DNA from: Klebsormidium nitens
Lineage: Eukaryota; Plantae; Klebsormidiophyceae
Direction: 5' to 3'
DNA length: 64,000 bases
Assembly: GCA_000708835.1 (NCBI GenBank)
Contig: DF237020.1
Span: 62,001 to 126,000 of the forward strand
Below are positions 35,814-48,300 of this stretch, piece by piece. The first letter of the stretch is position 1, and each line of letters begins with the position of its first letter. The notes under the pieces were generated by a model. That model ran no database searches. It was given only the letters and a program-made list of their open reading frames with translations, and was not told where the DNA came from. The translations under genes were made by a program, and so were the position numbers.

Positions 35814-38800
35814 ATGCCTGATTTAGCTGATGCGTCTATTATGAACCAGTTCGTTGCGGCATTTGTCCCCCTACAATGCTTCAAAGAGGTTTCTTAGGGA
35901 CAGCCAAATAACAATGTGCCTTGTAAAATGGTTCTGAAGTATTATCATCTGGGTGCAAGCCAGCATGAGGCGAGCACTGTAATGTATGTAATGTTGCTCG
36001 AACTTCGTCCATTTCTGCAGACGGTGCTGCCCCAAGTTGCCGCGCTTGTCAAGCTTGAGCTGGCGACATGCAAACGGCAAAATGCAGCTGCTCGCGCTGA
36101 GCTCACGAGCTCGTCTCAGCGTTGTGGACGTATCAGACTGATGCGCCTGGTTGAGTGTCAGTGGCAGCGAAAATCTGGATTGTCAGGACGCGCGTACGGT
36201 GCAGACTGAGTAGACCAATAAGCTGGCCTTACGCACTGCAAACGAATGTCACTCGAGACGAGGTGCAGTGTCAGTGCGGAAGCTAGCTACATCAGTACTT
36301 TGGTCTGAAGATCAGCTTACAATGGAGTAAGCGCACCAGGGGCAACTGCAGTAGGGGCCTGAGTAGGGAGGACAAGGGAAAGGGATAGCGCCGACTATTT
36401 GATGCCACCTGGCGTCAGACCGCAGCCTCGTCTCCTTCGAAGAAAGAAAAAGTCTGCTGTTTTTCAGTAGTTTTGAAGCTCATCTGTGCTACAAGTCGGA
36501 ATATCTGCGGGACGGTGTTAATTTCGAGCGGTTCAGCCAAAACGGAGTCCCAAAATGCATAGACTCGAAAGGGCAAAAGGGGGGTGATAGAGCTAGCGGA
36601 GGTGGCTCTTGATGAGCCATGAAGACCCATCCAATCTCAAGCTGAGTGTAAGGGTGTTGTCCAGGCGGGACGTAGTCTTCTGGCTACCGTTGAACGCTGA
36701 GATGCCAGCCCGGGTGAGCATACAACCTTAGAGGCTTCAGGATCCTCATCGGCAAATCGTCTTCAGAAGATGGAGAGGAAACGAAACTCCTGCACGAGCT
36801 CGCTCATACAGCAGGCTTTGAGAGCGTAAGTCAAACGCGAGTCCTCAGCTTTTCTGACAAGAGAATCCCAAAATGCCCGACTTCTGGCTACCGGCCGGTC
36901 TCGCTCACTGCATAAGATTTCCTCCGTTTGCGTATATATAGACTGCAAGAAAGAAGGACAGGTCACCCTGGATGCATGAACTTGTCTTAAATTCCTCCTT
37001 CCAATGCTCTCGAATACGACCGCAGAGCCATCAGCGCCCTTGAAGCCGAGGATCGAGGAGACTCTCAGGAAGCGTAAGATTCTTTATAGTGCTTATAGTG
37101 CTCATAGCTCAAAGGACTTCAGACTGGAATGATAGAGGCAGGCACTTCACATCCATGACAAGTGTGATATTTTGGATGGCTGCATTGGTGCCTCTCATCA
37201 TACATTCTTGCCTTCATTTTCCAATATAACTGTTCGTCTTTGAATGAGGAACTTGGTACGCTTTCGAATCAGCTTTTTCAACTCATTTCAACCAGTGTAA
37301 CTCACGCCTTGCCAGGATTGACAACTATACAGCCGCAATGAAGCACGTACAATTTGCCCTGAGCATGGGGTCCTGTCAGAATAGCGTACGGGAGGTAAGG
37401 CTTGAACATTACCTACAATCCATCCAGAGCTTCCAGTGGAGATGTGTGTTGCTTGAAGAAGTCACTTTTTGCATGAGGTCGAGACCAAGCGAAGCGGTTT
37501 TGTCAAGTGGAGAATGTCAGAGCAGATATGTGGATTGAACCCCTTCTTAGAAGCTTGACATGCTGATGCTAATCGTTATGTCGATGCAGAACGCCCTGCT
37601 TGGGACCATTGCCACGTACAAGTCCAGGATAAGGGACATCAGGACAAGAGTCCTATGCGATGACGCTCAATCTTGTCCTGCCGTTGGATCTGACAGCTCC
37701 GAATGCTACCAGCATGAGAGCAACAATCTGGAAGGTTAGCCTTATAGAACTTTTAGCGTTTAGGGTATTGGTCTGTAGTATAAGAACGAGAGTTTGTTTT
37801 GAACGCTTGTAGAACCTTAAAGAAAACCTCTTCCCTTCAAACCTGGTGAACCATACCGATGATGGTTTCATACTCCACAGGACCATCGCGCTGATCAGTT
37901 TGTCCTTCCGTATTCAGTGCCTTCCAGAGAGGATGTCGGAGGTCACAATCTAATTTCATCTTTGAAGCAAAGCTGTCTGCGAGAGGCCCGTTACCTATGG
38001 ACTGACGTTGCGGGACTGGTGAGTAACATGACCAAGTTTGTCCAGGTTCCGTCCTTCAACGTTCCAAGTGTGTCTGCTTTAAATCGCGGCACCTCTCATC
38101 TCGCTCTTTTGCAGCGGGAAATCCGTTTGATATCGGGCGACAATCATCTGGATTAGGGCTATATTTCTGACCTGAATCACGCAGAAGTTTTTTTCCGTCA
38201 ATGCAGGACGGAGTAAAAGAAATTCTCCAAGAAAATTTCATTGTGCCGTTGAGGTTCCCAAATCTGTTCAAAGGTTAGTGAACCTGCTGGCTTTGACATT
38301 CAACGGGAGGATTGAGATACATGTCAAGGAGAATCTGAGCGCAAATCTGCTGATTACCCTTACTCAAACGGTACTGTCACAAGTTTTGTTTGAAATTGTG
38401 TATTATCCTGTAATCAGAATGTTTTCGTGAGTTTTCCCCTCAGATGCCCGAAACTGAAACTATCGACGTCGCAGGCATCAGAGCTGCCCCGAACAATTTC
38501 TTACTCCACGGACCGCCGGGGACAGGTGATACTTCTGGCAACTGTGCTTTTCAGAACGTGCGAAGTACCATGTTATTGATGTTGCCCTCGATAGCCTGCT
38601 GTGTTTTTATGTCCGGCTCAGGGAGTATGCGGTGATAAATAACACTGCGTACTTCTCTCTTGCAGGAAAGACCCTCATAGGTGAGTTTGAAAGGACGCCG
38701 CTTTGTTCCACATGGACAACTTTTAACCAATACCGTCCTGATTTCTTTTCGTTCCTGAGAAAGCAGAAATGTTCTTTTCAGAACCTAGCTTGGTTGGGGA

Positions 38801-41390
38801 CAACCGCTAGGTACATAACCATATGTTGAGACTGATACGTCCTTGCCTCTTGCACCTCCAGCTGAAGCGATGGCCGGACAAGTCGGGTAAGACTCCTCTG
38901 AATAGTCGTATCTGAATTGGGCGGTTAGGTGTGTTCAAGGTCCTTCGCAATGCTTGTATAGGATTCGCAGATCTTTCCGGATGGTTCAACAAGCTTACCA
39001 TGTGTCGCACTTCTTCTTTTATTCGTGGTCACGGCCTTTCTCCATCGTACTTGCAGGTTCAAGTTCCTCGTCGTCTCTCCGGTAAGTTTAAAGAGCTGTC
39101 TCACCGGTAAAGTCAAAGAGCTTTCTCATGAAGACTAATCTTTGTGCGTCCCTGTCAAATTTGCGGCACCAATCTGCTCAAGGTTTTGCAGTGTCGCGGC
39201 CACGTGATTCCTTTTTCGCCTTACTTGCAGTCCACTTTTCTTTCAAAATGGACAGGGGAGAGCGAAAGGTAGGATGTACCAAGAAAGTAACTACGCTTTC
39301 CGCCTGTGGTGCTCGTCAAATGCTTCTTCCCTCACAGAGTTCGAACTCGCATAGGATCCCGCGAGCTTCTGCCGTCCTCGTAATGCGTGGAGAAAAGTCT
39401 TTTGACGAAGGCGTGCGCGTTTGATCTCGGCTCCAGCATGGTACGGCTTTGCCGTTGAGTGTGGGAATGCTCACTACGAACGACTTCCACTTTTAGCAGG
39501 ACGTTAAAAGGCATTTTTGAGCTAGCTCGACAGCTCAGCCCCGCGATCATCTTCTTTGACGAGATAGATTCGGTAGGATCGAGGCGTTCAGGCGGTGACG
39601 ATCCCGCCTGCCGAAGGGTTCTAACCGAGTTGTTGGTAAGGGACCGCCTGCGACTTACAATTCTCTGAACGTCTCCCGTGTGTTCCCCAAGAGCATGTAG
39701 ACGTCTGTGAGATTGGGAGTGTCGGATCTGACCTCTTGAGATGTTGATAGAACCTTCCACAACTCTCGCTCGCCGCCTGACTCTGTATGTTCTTTCCGTG
39801 CAGCTTCTGCTGAACCAGGTGAGCTCTCATGCTCTTCAAGAGTCTCGTTGCTGTTGTGTCGAAGCCCTCTTCAATGGATCCATAGGTCAAGGCGCCTGTC
39901 CATTGAAGCTCCTGACCATCTCAAGATGGTGTCAGTCGCCACCTAGCACGATTTCCTGGAGAAGTATCCCTGCGTAGTTATTTGTTATCTGGAGCTTTGA
40001 CTCTCTCGTACCTGCCAGATCGACGCTTCAGACCGCACGTATGTCGTAGCAGCGACAAACCGGATACAGGACATGGACGGTAACTTACAAAAAGTTATTC
40101 TCTGCAATTAGCGCTTCTTTCGGCATGAGCTGACATCTATAAATGCCGGCAAAATTCTTCGATTCCTTTCAATCTGCTACTTTGACTAGTAAGCGGTAAA
40201 GCAAAACCTTTTGACCAATTGACAACTTTGTAGCTTGCAGAAGCCTTGGTGAGGCGCTTCGGAACGCGTATCGACGTAAGAAACTGATCTGACTAAGTGC
40301 ATCTCAGGTGTTCGCTTCGGCAATCATGCCGGAAAATGCAGATCTTTAAAAACTACACACTTGTCGAAAGCAATCTTGATCAGCTCCCGAGCTCTCTGTA
40401 TTACAGTGTCGCCTTGGAACTGCAGTCCTTATGAGAAGCTTTTGAATACAGGTTCCTCTGCCCGATGCGAAGACAAGACAGAGCATTGTGCAGCATTACC
40501 TCAAGGAGATTGACACCGAGCTTACCGATGCCGAGCTAAGGTGCTGTTGCCGAACCCGCTCATTACTTTGGTACCTGCTGACTTTCTCAGGCTAGAAGGT
40601 TGATGTCAAACCTGCTCCACTTGACAGCGCAGTGGTTGTCATAAATCGCGCTTGAATAGGATTGTTGCAAAGGCTACAAACATTGATTCCTGGCATCATA
40701 CGTGTCGTTTGCAGCTATCTATCGGAGGAAACAGAGGGCTTCAGGTGAGAGATCCAATAAGAGCACGCGACTCTAAGATTACAGCATTGACTGCGAAAAG
40801 GTTGTCCCTTGTTCAGTGGCAGTCTGGTCCAATCGACTGGACTATCCTCCTTGGAGCTTCTGAAGGTACTGAAATTGTTAGCAGCAGGAAATTGATTAGA
40901 AATTTGTTTGTTACTTGCCCGTGCCTGACCTCTCAAGCATGTTTGCAGTGGTTCCGACCTGCGGACCATATGCAGAGCAGCAGCGATGCGGCCAGTCAGG
41001 GAAGCCGTCGCAAAAGTGGGCCAGCACAACAGTGACGAGAAGCTCACGAGCCTTCGAAGCACCTCCATCACTGACTTTCAGGTGAGTTACGGCGTACTGA
41101 GAACCCTTGGAAATCTGGGACGTTGTATGTCTGATTCATCAGGGTCCTTCTGCACCTGGATCTTTAGTCTTTATTTGCTACACCATCTTCGTTGCCCGAT
41201 CCTGACAACACAGGTGTTTCAGTATCCATTTCCATTCTTTTCAAAGAGCGTCCAGGCAGAGTGTCAAAGTCGAGTATAATCGATGTTTATACAAACCACT
41301 TCCGTGCAGGAGGTCCTCTTTACGTTCAAGCCTGCTTCCGCTGCGACCAAGGTGTCGGAAGAGGCCACCATGGCCACACGATGCCCGTAG
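35814..41390 (+). CDS. MIT-domain AAA+ ATPase (VPS4/spastin/katanin, meiotic clade)
   Basis: MIT: AISALEAEDRGDSQEAIDNYTAAMKH...LGTIATYKSRIRDIR. AAA: WTDVAGL, ILQENFIVPLRFPNLF, FLLHGPPGTGKT (Walker A), SKWTGESER (pore loop), IIFFDEID (Walker B), VVAATNRIQDMDEALVRRF (SRH), VPLPD, TEGFSGSDLRTICRAAAMRPVRE; stop at 41388-41390. The start position (35814) is a best guess. Confidence 0.85.
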
Positions 41391-42391
41391 ACTAGATCTA
41401 CGAACCCCCCAATAATTCTGCAGTCCGCGCCTGGTTGCGAGCTTGCTGCTTGTCTGGAGGGGTGTCGAATCTGTCGGCTCAACAAAGCGTCAAATCCACA
41501 CGACTTGTTTGCGCAGTCGTGCACAATGACTGAGAGTCTGTTGCCCAGAATGTGATCGTTGAGGACAGGCTGCATTTTCGATTCAGCAGTTCACAACGTC
41601 CATGCGAGATTGCCGCCGCCACACGTCCCTCTCGTGAACATGTCCGGCCAAATGACGGTATGTTCGCTCCATGTCTGGAAAACTTTCGACTGGTCCAGTC
41701 TCCACAGGCGGTATGGTTGATCATCTTGTCTAGCGCGACAAGAAGTAAGGACGCTGAATATGCGGCGGACTCGATCCAAGAGACTTGTGGAACCCAGTGA
41801 AAGTACCTTACATGGTGCGTCCAAAAAAGTATTGAGGCTCGCGCAGGGCGAAGTATCAATTGCCATAAGATTGTAATTTCTGCACTATAGATCCTGTGTC
41901 CAATATCCTCAAACCCATCGAAACAGCCAAAGCTGTTGCAACTTTCAGGGGCGACTCTGTAACATCGCGTGCTTGAAATTTGCAAGATAACAGCATGCCC
42001 GATATCGGGCCTGGGCGCGCCCCCAGTGTGACATCCCTAAATGCATGCTCACCATCCTTAATTCTCACATGGACTGAATGAATGGCAGCAGAAGTGGACA
42101 AATTAGGAACACACCAGGAACATGAACTTGGTCACGACAATTCGCGTTACTGCAAGACAATAGCCATCAGATTGCATCGAGCAACCCAGGATAAAGGTAA
42201 TACCGTGCTGCAACACCGCTTGAATCGGGATGAACGTGACCTGACCGTATCGAGCAACGACACTCTGTCAGAAGTACATCGGAGATGGCGCCCGCACACA
42301 CCACCTTGCAATCATCCGTGTTCCTACGTGCTCGACGAAACCCCTGAATACGACCTTGACTCTATTATACAGATGACATTTCCCCTCGGCT

Positions 42392-45300
42392 CTACAATCC
42401 GTAGTTGATCATCATGCTTTCCGTATTTGGTACAATGCCCCCCGAACCAGTCTCCTTCATGCTATGTTCCCCCAGAACATGCTTCAGGATCCTGAGGGGA
42501 TCCCTCGACCCACCATACTGCAAAACGTCTCTTCGGAGCATTTCGCCGGCCTCTCGGTTCAGCGGGTCAGCGGCAAAATACTGCGCCCACAGCTCGGACG
42601 AGAACGCCTTGGCATACAGATAGCTGTAGTAACCTGCAAGGGCAGAAAGAAGAAACTTCGTAACTTCAAATCTGCGTAGTACGAGACGATCGCATAATCT
42701 GTGAGCTGGAATCAGGTACCTCAATCCTCATGCGATATGCAGGCCCCAGCGGACTGCCTTACATCAGCCCCTGCGAGGACAGTTGCACAGGAATCCCCCA
42801 GAAATCAATTGTCACTGCCAACGAATCTTATCAGCGAACCAGGCCCCGCTTGATGGTTTTTACGTCCGTTCTAAGCGAGAGCTTCAACCAAACTCAACCT
42901 GACTAACTCCAAGGTTGAGTGATTCGTAATTTGCCCTTAATCGTGCTTGAGCAGTTCGTGCCCGTGGTAACTTTCATATGACGCAGCTTTTCCAAAAGCG
43001 CAGAACAAGGTCGGCAAAGTTGTAAAACCAACGGCGAGACGTGACCCGGAAGCACCCCCACCCGACGACTTCGCCTCATCCAGAACGAGAGCTACAGGCA
43101 AGTACACAGACTTTCCATTCGTTACGCATCTTGTTTTCTTAGGGCGGCCTAGCACCTTTAGACCCACTGACTTCCTGCAAGGCAAACTACGTGGTTAATA
43201 ATGGGTTACGAGTCAGTCAAGGACTCAAATGCACGCCCACCTGCTCCATAACCAACCAGGTGGTTAAACCGCGCCTGCCAGCACGTGCCCTCCACGTGGC
43301 CAATCGGCGTGTGCTGCTCCTGCAACTGCGCTATCACCGCTGTCGTGTCCACCCCGCCAACCGACTGAGGACCGAAGAATGCCTGGTCCATCAACGAATA
43401 AACGACCTGCAGAGGCAACCGCCCAGGTTTCACATGGCGATCCTAAGCATCGCAGGCGAAGAAAGCTCCTTCTTTCCAGCGTAGGATTGGTGCGTTTCTC
43501 GGGGGGCGGAATTGGTGACACTGATTCGAAGGAAGAGGTATAGCCTTGGAGCCCAGCAAGCGTGAGAACATTCTGGATTGTCACGTGGCGATCCTAGACA
43601 TCGCAGCAGAACAGAACTCCCTTTCTTCAGCACAGGGTGGTGAGTTTCTCGGGCAAGATGGAAAGCTCTGAATCGAAAAGGAGGTATAGGCTTCGAATCC
43701 AACAATTTGTTAACAGTCTGACACTCACAGAGCCACGCTAGAGGTTCTAAACACAAAGACAGCACGCATGCCTTTGAGCAGCGACTGTAAGCGCGCTCGG
43801 TCGGAAGCAGGCAGACCGCACCCGACAAGTGCCAGTTAGGCTCAGGACTGTGTTCCATATCTAATCCAGCCCCACGGAAAATTTGGTTTGCAGGCGTACC
43901 CATATTCCGTACAGCGAAAGTTCCTTATCAACTCGCAAAAAGCCCCCTTCCCTTAACACCTGCAGAAGAAGTAACTGCTAAACCCCACAAAACCCTCCTT
44001 CCGACCCTGCAGAAAACCCCCTTCTCTTACCCCGGCACAAAACGTTCCCCCTAACCTTGCGAAAAGTTCCCTTCTTAACCCTACAAAAACCTCCTCGCTA
44101 ACCCCGCAAAAAACTCACCTGAACCTGCAGGTCCATCGCCGAGAACATGCGCTTGCTCTGCCGCAGCCCGGAGACGACCTCGGGCGGAATGGCCTCCCCC
44201 GTGGAGTAGTGCCGCGCAAAGTGGCGCAGCACGCGGTGATCGTCCACAAACAACTCAAGCAGGTTCGAGGGCGTCTCTATGAAATCGAGCTTGCCCCGCG
44301 TGCCCGACAAGTGCTGGTACTCCTGAGAAAGAAAGGACCGAATAAGGATTTCAAAGAGTCGGGTTTGAAAGGGAATCGTCACCAGACGAGAAGAGCAACT
44401 TGGAGGGAATTTCCACAGTTTTGAGCTTGCTCCAGGTGCCTGTCTGGTACTCAACAGTGGCATCAGGAAACTTCAGGGAGGAGACGAAGATGTGTCAACA
44501 TCCAACATCATCAGACAAAGGTCCTGAGGCAGGAAGAGGCAGGAAGACCAAAGTTTAAAGAGCAGTGTGTGCCCACTGCCATGTAACAGCAAGAGCAGGC
44601 TCGCCCAGGTTCAAAGATTCAGACCGCCGAACCCCTTGAACGAGAAACCATAACAGGAACCGCTGACGTCATCACGAGCAGTACTGCTGACGTCCGCAGG
44701 CACTTCACGGACTCGTGGAAGAATGAGCGGCTTCATCATCGCCCTCGACTACCACTTCCAGAACCGAAATGAAAAACAGGTGCTGACGTCAGCAAGAGAG
44801 AGACAGCTGATGTCAGCATGGAAGGCTCACCGTACGTGAGAGCAGCGTGTGCAGCGCGTGCCCAAACTCGTGGAACATGGTCTCCACCTCGCCGTGGCTC
44901 AGCAAGGAAGGGGCGCCGTTCTGAGAGGAGAGAAGAGAGAACGAGGACGACGTCAGGACGTGAGAAAAGAGAAGATGCCGAATTCGGATGCTGCTCGGCT
45001 AAAGACCATGCCCGTTTCAAAGTAGACAAAAGGAAAGGCCATCAGGAGTCGAAAAACGGAAGACGTAAGCAGCGAACGATCGAAACGGCCGGCCCGAAGT
45101 TAGAAGCAAACGTTGAGGCGGAGAAGAGAGGACGTAAGAGAAGACAAGGAAGGACAGAGACTTCTGAGCAACACAGAAGAACCAAACTGCAGCAAAACTC
45201 ACACGGGAAGGAATATCGCTCAAAAGGAACGAGAAGCACAAAACAGCTAGCAACGTATGAAGATTGGACCTGAAAGAGGAAGCATGGGATCTAGAAAGCA

Positions 45301-48300
45301 TGGAAGCACACAACTTTCGAGGAACAGAGGTACTGAGAAATTAGACGAAAAATCTGACCTGCGGGGGCGGCAGGTTGCAGACGAGCGCCACAGCCGGCAG
45401 CTGCCAGTCGTGGTCGCCTTGCCTGCGCCCGCAGCGCAGCGTGAAGTGTGCCGCGTGCGTGTACTTGCCGGTGCGGGGAAAGAGGTCCAGGTAAATCACG
45501 CCAAGCACGCCCTGCAAACAAAGTCGCTAGGTTTCGATTTGTCACAATATCAATCAAAGTCTCATGCTTCGGGCGTGAGGGATTAACTCCCCGTAGCCAA
45601 AAGGTGACCAGAAAATGCGTCCGCCTCGCTTGTCCAAAGACTTACCAGATCCGGTCTTTCGACAGTGATCCACAAATTCACTTTGTACTCCTTCCTGGAC
45701 ACAGCTCAGTAACCTTGCGCAGTACTGCGGGAGGTGCATAACGAAACCGATGAAGAACAGAGATTGAAGAACAGAAAGGACACCCCATCTACAATGAGCT
45801 ATCAGGCATTCCTAAACGCCTGACTGTTTGAAACGCCTGACTGACACAAATCGATAACCTGCAGCAAGTCGTCACCCTGCTTTCAAACACTTTCCACATC
45901 CCATGCACACGCATCTCAATAAAACAAGTTGGCAGGCAGTAATGCTGACCTCATCCTGGTGCGTCAGCACGAACTTGCGCACGCCGTTGGCCCAGCCCTC
46001 CCCAGGGGCTAGGGGCACCTCGCGTAGCGCCATGCCGAACAGCCGGCTCGTCAGCAAAGCAAGCCCCGCCAGGCAGTGCTCCAGCGAAAAGTACTCGGCG
46101 ATCACCTGGGGGCAAGAGGCACATCTGTGAGTCGGTGTTTGTGCTTTGTGAGAGCGGAAAGTGAGAGCAGGAAAGAAGAAAAGGACGTCACGTACTTGGC
46201 AATGTTCGCAAATGGAACTTCAAAGTGATGGAACGCCACCTTTCGGGGTCGAGGCACGATTCGTGATCATGAAACCGAACCGGAGGGAACATGGAACCAA
46301 AAAAAGAGTGGAGAAGAAAGGAAGGGAAGGAAAGCGCAGTAGGGCGAAGGAGGAAGAAAGATGAGAAAACGAAGCGGCCCAAGATTTTCAATCTGAGGCT
46401 GAGGATATATACTGGCTCGTAAGTACGCAGGAATAAGCGTCCATCAATCGATGCAAAAAACGCCAAAACACTATATGACAAGTTTCAAAACGACGAAACG
46501 TCGTTCTAATTGGACTTGCGATACGGCTCACGAACGTGCAGCTGAGACTGACACGCCGTGAAAGGAAGCCAGGGCCGTTCCAGCAACTTACCCGCGCATC
46601 TAGGTTGTGGACTTTGGCCTTAGAGCAAGCCGGAACGTCGTCAGAGTTGGAGTGTTTTCCGTAACGACTCTTGGCAACACATGCGGCTCAGAATGACGAG
46701 CCCTGAACACGAACCGAACCCGTCCAAGCAACTCACCTGCGCGTCTAAGTTATGGGCTTTCGCCTTGAGCAAGCCAGGACGTCGTCCAGATTGGACTCGT
46801 GGCCAAGAGGATTCTCAACAACACGTATGCAGCTCAGGACGACGAGCCCTAACCACGAAATAAATCAGTCCAAGCAACTTACCCGTGCATCTAGATTGTG
46901 GGCTTTGGCCTTGAGCAAGCCAACGTAGTAGCCCCGGTCCCAGCTGCGGACGGGCGACCCGGGCTCGTACTGCTGCTTGACTTGGGACAACAGGGCAAAT
47001 TCCTGCAAGAGGAGTGAGGCAATCAGTTTGCCGTTACCATCGCCAATCCCGTTGTCTCAACATCAATCAGTATCCCAGGTTATCGGGAATCTTAGGCCCA
47101 TCTTAAACGGCGAAAATTGGACGCCCTTAAAGGTGAACACCTGGCAAGAAACCGCCTTTCAGAAGAGAAATTGACGACGCTCTGAGGAAGGGAAGAAAGT
47201 GCGAACTTTTCCGAGCACAAGGAGGTTGACCAGCAAGGGCGGCAGCAACAAAGAAACGGCCGCATGCCCCTTTATCGAAAAGGTAAGGAAATACTGAACG
47301 AAATCGTGGCTCAAAACACAAAAGCTCGGAAGTGAAGACACAAAAGATAATACAAAAAAAAGGGGAGAAAGGATTCGCAATACTGAAACGCGCAAGTGAG
47401 GCGTGAAAGTGGGACCCTCGGCGTCAACGAGGTATCCAGGCGAGCAGGCTTTCTACAAACTCCGTGCCTTATCCTTCAACGACGGACTGTCCGCAGCTTC
47501 TCGAGTATCCAACCGAGCGCAGGATCTCAAAGATTTTAACACTTTCACTTTCACTTTCACACTTTCAGTCCAATCTCGCGACAATCTGAAATATAATCCG
47601 AAAACCCTAAAACTCTTGAACCCTGAAACCCGTTTTTACCTTCTCAGCGGGGCCCTTGAGCTCGGTGCTCAGCGTCTCCAAGAATGTAACCACCGCATCC
47701 GGCGTGCGCGCCATGAGCGGGCGAAGAAAGAAGTCTGCGTACGAATTGAAGCCGAGCAGCTGCGCAACTTCGTGGCGCGTGGCGATGAGCTCGTCGAGAA
47801 CGGGCAGGTTGGCGCGGGGGGTGCTGTGCCCAGCGAGGTAGACCTGCCGCCGCACCTGAAGAAAGATAGAGGCGTGAGATTACCTACAGGGGGCCGGGAT
47901 AAGTGCAGCAAGTGGTTACTAAGTTAGGACGAGGTATAAGCTTGTGTGTTCCCTTTCAAAAACTTGAAAGGGAGGATAAATTGTCATCAAACACGAGATT
48001 GGCAGACGGTGTCAGAGACCGGTTCCCCTCTTCGAACGGGAATAAGGGACCCGGTGACTGGATATGATCTCTTTTCCATTTTCCATCTCGACCCCCGCAT
48101 AAAAAAGAAAACGAGCCGTTCTCTCACGATCCCTCGGTCTCTAACCTTGGTCCCCACTTTTCGACACTGAATGCGCTCTCTTGCAGAGGCTTTTCTCGAA
48201 CAGAACAAATGGAGCCTACGAGATAAGTGCCCCCACCCCACAGGAACAGGTAAGTCACCTCGAGGGTTTACCCACACTTCAGCATTCCTTGAGCATCTTG

